From Smithellaceae bacterium (GTDB taxonomy: Bacteria; Desulfobacterota; Syntrophia; Syntrophales; Smithellaceae), in the NCBI GenBank assembly GCA_963667845.2, contig CAXXVL010000002.1:288001-352000 (forward strand): 64,000 nt of DNA. Direction: 5' to 3'. Position numbers and translations under genes: made by a program. The notes beneath the pieces were generated by a model. That model searched no databases. It was not told where the DNA came from and was given only the letters and a program-made list of their open reading frames with translations. Below are positions 29,444-38,637 of this stretch, piece after piece (position 1 is the stretch's first letter; each line of letters starts with the position of its first letter).

Positions 29444-31249
29444 TTACCGGTAGTACCTGGCCTGGATTTCAAACAGGTGGGCGTATATTCCGTTTCGGGC
29501 GACCAGTTCTTCGTGCGTACCCGCCTCGGCGATCCCTCCGTCCTCCAGCACATAGATGCAGTCCGCCATGCGGATGGTGGAAAACCGATGGCTGATGAAG
29601 ATGACGGTGCGGCCGTTAGCCAGTTCCCGGAGATTCTCAAAAACCGCGGCTTCGGCTTTGGCATCCATGGAACTGGTCGGTTCATCAAGAACGATGATTT
29701 GCGCGTCGCGCAGGACGGCCCGCGCCAGTGCCACCTTCTGCCATTGGCCGATGCTAAGTTCCGCGCCGTTGCCGAACCATTTGCCGAGCATCGTTTCATA
29801 GCCCTCGGGAAGCCCGGCGATAACGTCATCAGCGCCGGAATATTTGGCCGCGGCAACGATCTTCTCGTCATCGGGCGCAAGCCTTGTGTTTCCCATCCAG
29901 ATATTTTCGCGGACCGTCATCTGGTACTGGACGTAGTCCTGAAAAATAATGCCGATTTCGCGGCGCAAGGCGGTCGTCTCAAAGCTGCGTAAGTCGATTC
30001 CGTCCACAGTGATCTTCCCTGCCGTCGGGTCATAGAGCCGGCACAGCAGTTTGACCAGTGTTGTCTTTCCCGACCCGTTTTCTCCGACCAGGGCCACCAC
30101 CTGACCCGGACGAATGTTGATGTTCACATCCTTGAGGACCATCACGTCTCCCGTCGGATATCGGAAACTGATCTTGTCCAGAATAATCCCTTTCTTCATG
30201 GGTCTGGGAACCGGGGCAGGTTTGACAGGTTCGATGATAGTCGGTTCCAAATCGAGAAAATCATAAAAATTGGAAAGAAAAAGGTTGTCTTCATACACCC
30301 CCCCCAAACCGTTCAGCATCTCCTTCAGATAGCCCTGCGCCCGCTGAAAGGCCTGGTAGTACATCACCATGTCTCCCAGGGTCATCATCCCCTGTATCGT
30401 CCGGTAAGCAATAAAGGCCAGAGAACCGAATATGGCGATGATCGCAAACACCTCGGCGATCAGTTCCATCACAGCGTACCTGACGGCAATGCCTATTTTT
30501 TCGCGCCGGAGCAATCGGCGCAGATCGCGAAAACGCCTGATAAACAGGGGCCCCAGGTCATACAGGCGGACTTCCTTGGCATAGTAGTGGCCGGTAATCA
30601 GCCAGTTAAAATACGTCGCCACGCGATCCGTTGCCGACCGGTCGGACTGCCAGGCAAACATCCTGTCCGCATATTTTATACGAAAGAGAAGTCCGGGAAT
30701 CAGGGATACACACAATACGGCGGCAATTCCCCAGTGAACGGAAAATAATAACGTTGCAATCCCGACGAGAGTGACACCGCTCTGAATGACCTGGACAAGA
30801 TTGTTGAGAATGCTGGTCGGCCGATGCGGAGCTTCCTGCTGGGCGCGGTGCAGGGTGTCGTAAAAGCCGGCATTTTCGTAGTATGCGATATCCAGCGCAA
30901 CGGATTTGGTGTGCAGCATATCCTGAACATGATCGGTAATGATCTGGGCCTGGGCCTGTCCCACGACTTTCGCCGCCGAGGCCAGCAAAACAGCAGCCAG
31001 AGTTGCAGCGCCCAAAAGGCCGATAAGCACCAAGACATGACTGTAGACGATGTCCTTACCCGGCGACGTAATGCCCACCGTTATCTCATCCACCACCAGC
31101 TTCATGAGGTAAAGCTGCACAAGCGGCAGAGCGGCCTGCAACACCAGGAGCATTATGCTTAAAAGCGCCCAGCCGGGAGCGGCCTTCCATAAAAGCGACA
31201 ACGCCCGTCGCAGGTACAGTTTCTGAGGTTCTTTCGGATTCAGGGACAT
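29444..31249 (-). CDS. ABC exporter (TMD + NBD), probable peptide exporter
   Basis: GENGSGKT, LSIGQWQK, VLDEPTS, ISHR; no N-terminal C39 peptidase domain. Confidence 0.93.
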   Translation of the reverse strand: MSLNPKEPQKLYLRRALSLLWKAAPGWALLSIMLLVLQAALPLVQLYLMKLVVDEITVGITSPGKDIVYSHVLVLIGLLGAATLAAVLLASAAKVVGQAQAQIITDHVQDMLHTKSVALDIAYYENAGFYDTLHRAQQEAPHRPTSILNNLVQVIQSGVTLVGIATLLFSVHWGIAAVLCVSLIPGLLFRIKYADRMFAWQSDRSATDRVATYFNWLITGHYYAKEVRLYDLGPLFIRRFRDLRRLLRREKIGIAVRYAVMELIAEVFAIIAIFGSLAFIAYRTIQGMMTLGDMVMYYQAFQRAQGYLKEMLNGLGGVYEDNLFLSNFYDFLDLEPTIIEPVKPAPVPRPMKKGIILDKISFRYPTGDVMVLKDVNINIRPGQVVALVGENGSGKTTLVKLLCRLYDPTAGKITVDGIDLRSFETTALRREIGIIFQDYVQYQMTVRENIWMGNTRLAPDDEKIVAAAKYSGADDVIAGLPEGYETMLGKWFGNGAELSIGQWQKVALARAVLRDAQIIVLDEPTSSMDAKAEAAVFENLRELANGRTVIFISHRFSTIRMADCIYVLEDGGIAEAGTHEELVARNGIYAHLFEIQARYYR

Positions 31250-32367
31250 GGGGATTCTTCAGGCTTTCTCAGGATCTGCGCTCTTAATTTGGCCACGGCG
31301 CAAAAATAGGGCGTGGCGCCGTCCAGTTCACCCGTTTCCAGATGGGCGTGCGCGGGACACCACAGGCAAAGATTGACGAGCGGACACACGCGGCAACTTT
31401 TGAGAAATTCCTGCCGGTTTGAACGCATATCCCGAACCTGTGGTACAAAATTATTCCAGGCATCGGCCAGGCTGCCTTTTTTGAGATCATAAAGCGTTGG
31501 CGGTGCCCATAAGGATGAACACAGACGGAACCTGCCGTCATAGCTGACATTGAAGCTGACGCTGCCCGCACCGCAATGGAACAGATGATTGCAACCGAAA
31601 TGCGTGAATTCATCATTGATGAGGGTATCACAATTCTTCTGCATGACCTGCATCCGCTCTTTGTCCGCCTGCTCGAGCGCGATGATTTGTTCCGGCATCA
31701 GGCGCTCCGAGATGATGTCCTTATTGCGCTCCGGGCTGCCGTCAAAGCGCAGATGCAGTTGCGGATCGAAGCGATAGAAATCCTTCGTGTACGTGCGGCA
31801 GAAATCGGCAATGGCATCCTGCTCGTGAAGATTGGATTGGATCGCCATCGCCTTCAGGCGGATGCGCACACCACTCTCCATCAGGAGATTCATCCCGCGC
31901 CTGAATTTGTCGAACGTGCCGGGCCGCCGTGTAATGCGCTCGTAAGTTTCCGGCGTCACGCCGTACACCGTCACCTCAATATCGCGCGGCGGATGCTTCT
32001 TGAAGAGTGCGACGTGTTCTTCGTTGATGAGCGTCGCATTGGTAAAAACGGAAACCAGGAGCCCCCTGCGCCGAAGCCCGGTGTAGATCTCGGCAAAATC
32101 AGGGCGCAACAGCGGTTCGCCGCCGGTGATGAGACACCACATGGCGCCGAGATTAACCGCCTGTCGGGCAATCGCGTCGATTTCCGCGGCGGAGAGTTCA
32201 TGCGCCTGCGCATCCCGATCACCTGCCGGCACGTTGATGTAACAATGGCGGCAATCGCAGTTGCAGCGCGCCGTGATCTCGATATCAAACGAAAGCGGAG
32301 CGCTCTTGGCTTTGAGCCTCTCCCAGAGCGGAAATTCTTTGATCTCGATGGCATGGGACTCGGGCAT
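31240..32367 (-). CDS. Radical SAM/SPASM peptide maturase
   Basis: CNCDCRHC, TGGEPLL, CGAG...C, CRVCPLVNLCLWCPA...YFC. Confidence 0.92.
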   Translation of the reverse strand: MPESHAIEIKEFPLWERLKAKSAPLSFDIEITARCNCDCRHCYINVPAGDRDAQAHELSAAEIDAIARQAVNLGAMWCLITGGEPLLRPDFAEIYTGLRRRGLLVSVFTNATLINEEHVALFKKHPPRDIEVTVYGVTPETYERITRRPGTFDKFRRGMNLLMESGVRIRLKAMAIQSNLHEQDAIADFCRTYTKDFYRFDPQLHLRFDGSPERNKDIISERLMPEQIIALEQADKERMQVMQKNCDTLINDEFTHFGCNHLFHCGAGSVSFNVSYDGRFRLCSSLWAPPTLYDLKKGSLADAWNNFVPQVRDMRSNRQEFLKSCRVCPLVNLCLWCPAHAHLETGELDGATPYFCAVAKLRAQILRKPEESPCP

Positions 32368-32388
32368 AAAATAATCCCTTCAGTAATT

Positions 32389-33300
32389 CTATTTAAGAGA
32401 AGCAGGAAATGTAGGAATCGTTCGCAGAAGGCTCACGCCTTCTTCCTTTGACGAATCATCCTTTTGCAAAATGGCTTGGGCTTTCCTTTGCAGCAAAACG
32501 GTGAGACCCGCGCCGCGGTAGCGCGCACTCACAAACGACTCCTCCACCCGCCACCGACCGGCGGCTTCACGCGAAAGCGAAATCCAGGCGGCAGGCTCGG
32601 ACGAACCGTTCAAATGTAAAAGCAGCGTCCAGCGCTGCACGGGGCGTCCCCGCCAATCCTTCTGCACGCTGAAGGTTTCCGGCGACAGTTGGCGATAGAC
32701 CGCATCACCCAGGGCGGGCATCGGCAGACGGACCTTGTAGGAAATTTGCGGATGGGCAAGATGCAGCCATATCCTCATGATCCGCCGGTAAAAGGCCTTC
32801 GTCTGCATCTTCGGCAGCAGATCCGACCAGGCCAGAGTGATCCGCATCCGCAGCTCGATCATTTTAAGCCGCAGACCAAAGTAAAGACAGAGCGGCCACG
32901 GCGGTGCTGCGCGTTGAAACGATACCGGTTTGCCTGCGCGCTCGATGGCCACGACAACGCCGAGCAGGTCTTCCTCAAAGGTGGGCCCGTCGCTGTCGTC
33001 GGGTGTGCGGTCCTGCCGGGTAACAATGTAGGCGCGTCCTTCCTCTGAGCCCCGGGCCGCGACACGGTGGCAAAACAGATGGGTGGGCCGCCGGCAAACA
33101 ACAACGTCCCCTACCGAAACGTCAGCCGCGGCGCGCGACTGAATCCGCAGAATATCCCCCGGACGAATGGCCGGATACATGCACGTCCCCTCGGCGCGGA
33201 AAGTTACACCATCCCGGTCGGCCAGAACCCGGCCGATGTCCAGAGAAGCCCCGACGAGACTCTTTGCCGCCTGATTATTTTTATAGAGATCCTGAGACAT
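32389..33300 (-). CDS. S24/S26 peptidase-like domain plus partial GNAT-like C-terminus
   Basis: FRAEGTCMYPAIRPGD, VGDVV, HRV, DLLGVV; VSARYRGAGL. Confidence 0.72.
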   Translation of the reverse strand: MSQDLYKNNQAAKSLVGASLDIGRVLADRDGVTFRAEGTCMYPAIRPGDILRIQSRAAADVSVGDVVVCRRPTHLFCHRVAARGSEEGRAYIVTRQDRTPDDSDGPTFEEDLLGVVVAIERAGKPVSFQRAAPPWPLCLYFGLRLKMIELRMRITLAWSDLLPKMQTKAFYRRIMRIWLHLAHPQISYKVRLPMPALGDAVYRQLSPETFSVQKDWRGRPVQRWTLLLHLNGSSEPAAWISLSREAAGRWRVEESFVSARYRGAGLTVLLQRKAQAILQKDDSSKEEGVSLLRTIPTFPASLK

Positions 33301-33362
33301 AAACCGGAATCCGTAAACTACCCGGGTGATCCGCCCGGGGGAAAGCCACCCGATTGGTCATT

Positions 33363-33686
33363 CTATTCCTTTTGCACGAGAATGCCGCGCCGTGTCAACT
33401 CGCCTGCAAAACCCAGAACATCGGCTTCGAGTTCACCACGTGAGCCTTCAAACGTTTCCGCCAGCAGTGCCGCCACTTCCCTCAAGGTCCTGCGACCGTC
33501 CAATTTCTGCCAAATGGCCTGCCCGGTCTCATTGAGCGTATAGAGTTCATCCTCCTCGTCACCGATGCCGGCTACCAGGGGAATGATCACAATTTCATCT
33601 TCGATAGTCCTCGCCACCACGTTTTCCGAGCACGCGCACACGGTATCCAGGTTGAGCTGGGTCGCCATAAACTTGCCCTTTCCCAT
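33363..33686 (-). CDS. PqqD family protein (RiPP recognition element)
   Basis: VVARTIEDEIVIIP, LYTLNETGQAIWQKLDG, LEADVLGF; GGAGA RBS before 33686, alternative start 33668. Confidence 0.92.
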   Translation of the reverse strand: MGKGKFMATQLNLDTVCACSENVVARTIEDEIVIIPLVAGIGDEEDELYTLNETGQAIWQKLDGRRTLREVAALLAETFEGSRGELEADVLGFAGELTRRGILVQKE

Positions 33687-33708
33687 TAATTCTCCGTCGG
33701 TCCAATTC

Positions 33709-33753
33709 CGCAGCAGCCGTATATCCGCAGCCGCGGGTATACGGCCCACTGCG
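33709..33753 (-). promoter_or_regulatory. Long stem-loop just 3' of precursor gene, no U-tract
   Basis: GCCGTATATCCGC-AGCC-GCGGGTATACGGC extended by CGCAG/CTGCG. Confidence 0.6.
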
Positions 33754-33762
33754 AACCAACGG

Positions 33763-33948
33763 TTATGACCGGTAACAATCATAACAGGCCGGCATTGGCC
33801 CCGTTACGCAATTGTAAGAACCCCTCGACGGCCCGGATGTCGGGGGATTGGTGCAGCCCTTACAGCCCATGAGCACGGTTTCTTCGGGTTTGCTCCTCAC
33901 CAGAGCAATCAGCTCCGGTTTCACCCACTGTTTGTTATCTTTTTTCAT
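33763..33948 (-). CDS. Putative RiPP precursor peptide (61 aa, five Cys)
   Basis: AGAGGGA RBS; MKKDNKQWVKPELIALVRSKPEETVLMGCKGCTNPPTSGPSRGSYNCVTGPMPACYDCYRS between rSAM and PqqD genes. Confidence 0.85.
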   Translation of the reverse strand: MKKDNKQWVKPELIALVRSKPEETVLMGCKGCTNPPTSGPSRGSYNCVTGPMPACYDCYRS

Positions 33949-34012
33949 TTTATCCCTCTTTGATGATGCTGCAAATTCAATGAACATTTGTTGTCGATTG
34001 ACAATAGAACGC

Positions 34013-35260
34013 CTACCTTGCCGAACGTTCGCCGTTGATTCTTTCCCGCCAGTTCATCACCTCCCATCCATATTCGTCCTGGCGCAGCCAACCGATATAA
34101 CGTGCCTGCGCGTGCGCCATCTCACATAAATACTCGACCGGCGTGTCCAGTGTTCCATGCTCCGTCCACGATTTTGCCGGGCATTGTTCACACAGCCCTT
34201 TAAGAAAGCATCGCGCGCAGCGCCGCAGATATTCAGGATGAGTCGAGGAGAGATCGTGGATTCGGGAGAAGTGGGACAGGGCGTCTTTTAGGCCGGTGAA
34301 TTGGCCGCTCGTTTCCGATGCGCAAACGCCGGGAACAGACTTTCCTTTCTGAAGGGAGGAGAATTCAGACATCAGATTGACCGTCCATTCCGGTGCACGG
34401 ATTCCCATGCACGGCTGGGCGCATCCGTAAGCATCAATACACAGGTTGCATCCTGCACCGCAACTGAACAGTTTGCCTCCGGACGTTCCCATAAATCTTG
34501 CGGCAAATTCCTCCATGCTTCGCCTGTAGTTTACCACATCACGGGTCAGTATTTCCAGAGAATCGCGCGGGGATAAACGAAGCGATCGAATGCGGGTATT
34601 CTTCTCTTCGTCGTCGCGTCGACTCCGCAAATCAAGCGACACCACGTAACTTGGAGACCGTCCGGCCATCCGCGGGATTGTTTCCGCCCATGCTTCAAAT
34701 TCGTCCATTTCAGGCCTGTTTTGCGGCAGGATCACCCATTTGACGACCAGCGGAACATTGCGCTCCAGTAATAAATGGATGCCGCGCTGATACCGGGCAA
34801 AGGAACCGGGGGAACGGGTCACGGCTTCGTAGGATTCCCGATGCATTCCGTACACCGTGATTTCGATCTCCGTGAGCGGAGGAATGCGCACAAAGAGATC
34901 GGCAAGTTCCGGTGTCACGAGACACGCATTGGTAAACAGCAACACCTTCAGGCCCAGCCGGCGCGCGTAAATGTAGAGCTCTGGAAAATCTTTCCTGAGG
35001 AGCGGTTCTCCGCCGGTGAATCGCACTTGCAGGCATCCCAGGTCGACGGCCTGCCGTAAGAAACCTTCGATCTGTTCCGTCGTCACTTCGCGGGCCAGGG
35101 CCTGAGCGTCGTTGGCCTTGCGGTGGATGCAGCAATGAATACAATCATTGTTGCACCGCTCGGTCAATTCCAAGTCCAGTTGTTCGAAGCGCGGCCCGGC
35201 CTTTTTCCACAAAGGCGTCCGGTCCAGCCGGCGCTTCACGACATAAATTGAGTCCGCCAT
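34013..35260 (-). CDS. Radical SAM/SPASM peptide maturase
   Basis: CNNDCIHC, TGGEPLL, CGAG...C, CARCFLKGLCEQCPA...YLC. Confidence 0.92.
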   Translation of the reverse strand: MADSIYVVKRRLDRTPLWKKAGPRFEQLDLELTERCNNDCIHCCIHRKANDAQALAREVTTEQIEGFLRQAVDLGCLQVRFTGGEPLLRKDFPELYIYARRLGLKVLLFTNACLVTPELADLFVRIPPLTEIEITVYGMHRESYEAVTRSPGSFARYQRGIHLLLERNVPLVVKWVILPQNRPEMDEFEAWAETIPRMAGRSPSYVVSLDLRSRRDDEEKNTRIRSLRLSPRDSLEILTRDVVNYRRSMEEFAARFMGTSGGKLFSCGAGCNLCIDAYGCAQPCMGIRAPEWTVNLMSEFSSLQKGKSVPGVCASETSGQFTGLKDALSHFSRIHDLSSTHPEYLRRCARCFLKGLCEQCPAKSWTEHGTLDTPVEYLCEMAHAQARYIGWLRQDEYGWEVMNWRERINGERSAR

Positions 35261-35282
35261 GTCACACCTGATGGATCTTTTT

Positions 35283-35882
35283 TTAATTTATGCCGGGCCG
35301 GAAGCTTTTGGCGATCTTCTCAAACACCGGCAAGCCATCCGGAAAAACCGTCTTGGACGCGCTCAAGTGAAGTACGTAAAAGCCTTCTTTTGCCGGCATC
35401 ACATACTGTTTCTCCACAAGCGCCCTGCTCTCGTCCGACTTGCTCTGCGGATGCAGGTATACCATTCGCTCGCGCGAAAGTTCAAAGCCTTTGCGCCCAC
35501 CAATGTTTATTTCTTTAACCGGCCCATAATTCTCCCTGGCGTTCCGGGTCTCGCCCAGCACGTTACTGGAATTTCTCCTGATATAGTCTTCGTAGCTGTT
35601 GAAATCCTCGTTGTCCCGGGCATAATAGGAAACATAAATAGAGGCGGACCCCTTCACGAGCTGTATCTCGTATATCTTGTAGTCTTCATCTTTGTCTTTG
35701 TCCCGTATCAGCTCCCAGTCCTCCGGGATGTCACAGGAGAAATAATTTTTATCCATGACATAGCGTTGATAGGGCTCCCCGGCCGTCACGCAGATGGTCA
35801 CGGCGAAAATGGCCGCCAGAAAACTGCTGATCCCCACCAGCGCCTTTTTGATCTCACGATGCCGCCACATAAAATTCTTCAT
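35283..35882 (-). CDS. Exported hypothetical protein (PsbP-like pattern)
   Basis: Hydrophobic N-terminus, YFSCDIPEDW, INIGGRKG, FEKIAKSF; start uncertain. Confidence 0.7.
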   Translation of the reverse strand: MKNFMWRHREIKKALVGISSFLAAIFAVTICVTAGEPYQRYVMDKNYFSCDIPEDWELIRDKDKDEDYKIYEIQLVKGSASIYVSYYARDNEDFNSYEDYIRRNSSNVLGETRNARENYGPVKEINIGGRKGFELSRERMVYLHPQSKSDESRALVEKQYVMPAKEGFYVLHLSASKTVFPDGLPVFEKIAKSFRPGIN

Positions 35883-35913
35883 AAGCCTGATCATCATACA
35901 TTTAAGGATGAAG

Positions 35914-36360
35914 TTACTTAACCGCGCGGATGTCCAGTTGATATCCATCCGGGATGACAATGGTAACCACGACTTTACGATTCACGTTTTCGTTGGTAAA
36001 GGACTTAATGAAGACCGGCTGAGAATAAATGGTCGCCTTGACCGGTTTATCCGACGGACAAAACATTTTTGTCTGCGTCAGCCACGCATCAAAAAAGTAT
36101 TGATCATGCCAGCCATCGCCTTCCCCGGAAACCCGGACGTTCGAAAGAGAAATAGAGCGCGTATTGCAGTCATCCACCATTATTTCTTTGGACAACCGGA
36201 CTTCCACCCCTTTGACATTTTCCGCCGTGACAATCTTTGTAACATAAGCCCGGCGTGCGTCTGCTACTTTAGAATTTTGGGCAAATACCTCGCCGTTGAT
36301 GAAAAGAAAAACAAGAATTATTCCCGCAAGCAACGTTTTTCCGACTGACAAGTTTTTCAT
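35914..36360 (-). CDS. Divergent ecotin-like serine protease inhibitor
   Basis: Signal peptide; VDDCN, GDGWHDQYFF, TQTKMFCP, VIPDGYQLDIR parallel ecotin VDCN, EGWGYDYY, STMMACP, YTPDNVDVKYR. Confidence 0.68.
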   Translation of the reverse strand: MKNLSVGKTLLAGIILVFLFINGEVFAQNSKVADARRAYVTKIVTAENVKGVEVRLSKEIMVDDCNTRSISLSNVRVSGEGDGWHDQYFFDAWLTQTKMFCPSDKPVKATIYSQPVFIKSFTNENVNRKVVVTIVIPDGYQLDIRAVK

Positions 36361-36414
36361 TTTATTCTCCACAAAGAGCTGACGGCTCCGTCCGCCCATG
36401 GTCAGATTCAAAAC

Positions 36415-37623
36415 TTATTTTTTACCGGGGTCAGCCATCCGGCCCATGAACAAAATGGTGCCGCTTAGCCTGTCCCGGATCATGAAGAAGAAGGGATGAT
36501 CCGCACGAAACTCAGGATTAAACGGCATCGATTTCGTCGCCATCTCCACGGCCGTAGCGGCCGCCGCTTCCGTTCCTTCCTCGTTGACTTCGACAACGGC
36601 TTTATGTTTGATCTGCGAGATATAGAGGGTCCCTTTGCGCCACCCCATGCCGCTGAAATCCGCCTTCGACAGGGCAAACGCATCCTTCATGCCCATTTTC
36701 ATGCTGGGTGCAACCAGATCATAACCGGTGTCAAGCTTGAATTTCGGCAGATAGAGATTGATCTCCTCAGCCTCGCCGGCATCGAGTTTCGCCAACCATC
36801 CCGTCAGGTTTTGGATGGATAATTGTTTTTCCAACCCGGCCAAACCATCCACGGCCCGGGGTAGCATGACAACCATGGACAGATTGCGTCCCTCATACGG
36901 AATGTCCACCATCTGAAAATCGGCGAAGGTGAGCATTTTGAATTTGTCCTTTTGATGCATCAAAGGTACGGTGACGCGTTTAGAACTCGAAACCGTAAAG
37001 AGTGCGTCCGACGTGCGGCGCTTCTCAAACGGACTGGCCCAGATACCCTTGAAATAAATGGCGTTGAGCAGCACGCAGACGGAATTGGCGTCCAGCTCTT
37101 CCAGAATTTTTTCGATCTTTCCTTCCGTCTTCTTATTGACCCAGCCGTTGATGGCCGCGAGCCCTCCGCTGAAGATTTCGGCATCATAGTCGTCTTTCAA
37201 AATATTCTTAAACTCTTTGCTCACATCACCGCCGGTCAAAACCAGCGCATTGGCGATGTTCAGTTTCTGCCCGCTTTTTTGCGCAGTGGCGGTAAGCTTT
37301 TTGTTCAGCTTTTTGAATGCAGGATGCAGATCAGCCTGATCCAATGGAAAGTGCAAAACATCCTTCATTTCTTTTTCCGTATTCCCGCGTGCGCCGGCGT
37401 AAGTCATCCCCAGAGCGGACGAAATGCTGTAGGGCGAAAAGAAAAGATTGCCTTCTTTGGCGCCCAGTTCCCGATAAAGCTTAGCGGCAAAAGCCGTGTT
37501 TCCCTGCACAAGAGTTTCCTGCGATGAGGGCCCGGATGCAAAGGCCACGCCGGATTCGCAGTAAAACACCGCGGAAACGGCCATCAACAGGATGATCAAT
37601 ACCATGGACACGAAACGATTCAT
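36415..37623 (-). CDS. Serpin, inhibitory hinge
   Basis: NLFFSPYSI, NAIYFKGIW, EEGTEAAAAT, FRADHPF, LFMGR. Confidence 0.96.
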   Translation of the reverse strand: MNRFVSMVLIILLMAVSAVFYCESGVAFASGPSSQETLVQGNTAFAAKLYRELGAKEGNLFFSPYSISSALGMTYAGARGNTEKEMKDVLHFPLDQADLHPAFKKLNKKLTATAQKSGQKLNIANALVLTGGDVSKEFKNILKDDYDAEIFSGGLAAINGWVNKKTEGKIEKILEELDANSVCVLLNAIYFKGIWASPFEKRRTSDALFTVSSSKRVTVPLMHQKDKFKMLTFADFQMVDIPYEGRNLSMVVMLPRAVDGLAGLEKQLSIQNLTGWLAKLDAGEAEEINLYLPKFKLDTGYDLVAPSMKMGMKDAFALSKADFSGMGWRKGTLYISQIKHKAVVEVNEEGTEAAAATAVEMATKSMPFNPEFRADHPFFFMIRDRLSGTILFMGRMADPGKK

Positions 37624-37744
37624 CTTCTTCTCCTTCGATAGTATTCTTTCTTTGTCTTTCTTCTCGTCTTACCAAATCACCTCTGACTCTAATTCTTAGA
37701 CAGCCGCGAATGCGTTTTTGTTCCCGCAAAAGGAATTTTTTTGC

Positions 37745-38113
37745 TCACCATTTCGTCTGCATGATTTCCTGACGCTTTTGCCGGTATTCTTCTTCCGTAA
37801 TCAGCCGGTCCTTTTTCATCCTCGTAAGAGAGCGCAGTTTTTCTTCAACGCCCGGGCCGCTGCCCGGCACCTCCAGATCAATTACCTCTAGGGCAGCGGA
37901 GGAAGCCTTGCGCGACATCAGATTGTAAACATAATAAGCAATAATGAGGATGACGATCAGCAGCCAGAAGACCATAAAGATTCCTCCGAGGTCGCTGCCG
38001 GCTTCCTCAAGACGCGAAAAGAAGAAGATCCCGAAAACAAACATCAACCCCGCGGCGATGATTCCGATGATGGATGCCGTTTTGCCCGGCCGCACATAAG
38101 CTTTTGGACTCAC
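37745..38113 (-). CDS. SHOCT domain membrane protein
   Basis: Two TM helices, EEKLRSL...LITEEEYRQKRQEI. Confidence 0.82.
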   Translation of the reverse strand: MSPKAYVRPGKTASIIGIIAAGLMFVFGIFFFSRLEEAGSDLGGIFMVFWLLIVILIIAYYVYNLMSRKASSAALEVIDLEVPGSGPGVEEKLRSLTRMKKDRLITEEEYRQKRQEIMQTKW

Positions 38114-38184
38114 AATGTTGAACCTCCGCTTTCCATAATAATCAGAAAGATATCCTCTTCTGATAAGTTTCCGATGCTCCCGTC

Positions 38185-38250
38185 TTAACGCACGTCGAAC
38201 AACCGGCTGTCTTTGCCGAAGTTGACGATCTACGGCGTCTGGTGCCGATT
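38185..38250 (-). pseudogene. Orphan 3' end of a caspase-family paralog
   Basis: Reads QTP-stop-IVNFGKDSRLFDVR-stop versus QTPVIINFGKDSSLFMVR-stop of 38763-41774. Confidence 0.75.
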
Positions 38251-38304
38251 CCGTTGGGCCCGGCCATAGCGATCACGCACAACGCGATCCAAGTGATTTG
38301 GTTT

Positions 38305-38526
38305 TCATATTTGCCTCTTCTCCTGAATGACGATCTTCTGTTTCTTTCCGATGACCCGATAAAGTATCATGCCCGGAATATTTAGAAAGATGAGCACAAG
38401 AAGCCAGACAATCTTGTCGTTCCCTTCAAACTTGCTTTTCAGGATATCAATCAGTGAAATAACCCAGAACGGAAGCGCCAGAATACTAATAACAACCACA
38501 AGAACTATTACTTCGTATATTCCCAT
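38305..38526 (-). CDS. PLDc N-terminal domain small membrane protein
   Basis: FWVISLIDILKSKF..NDKIVWLLVLIFL...GMILY; AGGAGG RBS. Confidence 0.85.
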   Translation of the reverse strand: MGIYEVIVLVVVISILALPFWVISLIDILKSKFEGNDKIVWLLVLIFLNIPGMILYRVIGKKQKIVIQEKRQI

Positions 38527-38637
38527 CGTATGTAACCCTCCTGTTTTTTCGGTTTGACAAGCCTGCAACGGCAAAAGTTCCACAATTATTTTTTATTTTT
38601 CACAAGTGCCGCTATAGCTTCCCAAAAATATTAAGTT

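Noticed and set aside
29444..35260. PQQ, lasso peptide or mycofactocin assignment
   Set aside because: No PqqB/PqqC or ExxxY precursor, no asparagine-synthetase-like cyclase, no IDGMCGVY-type precursor
27695..38232. Genome-wide amber recoding suggested by two in-frame TAGs
   Set aside because: TAG terminates many full-length conserved genes here, and the second TAG lies in a gene remnant
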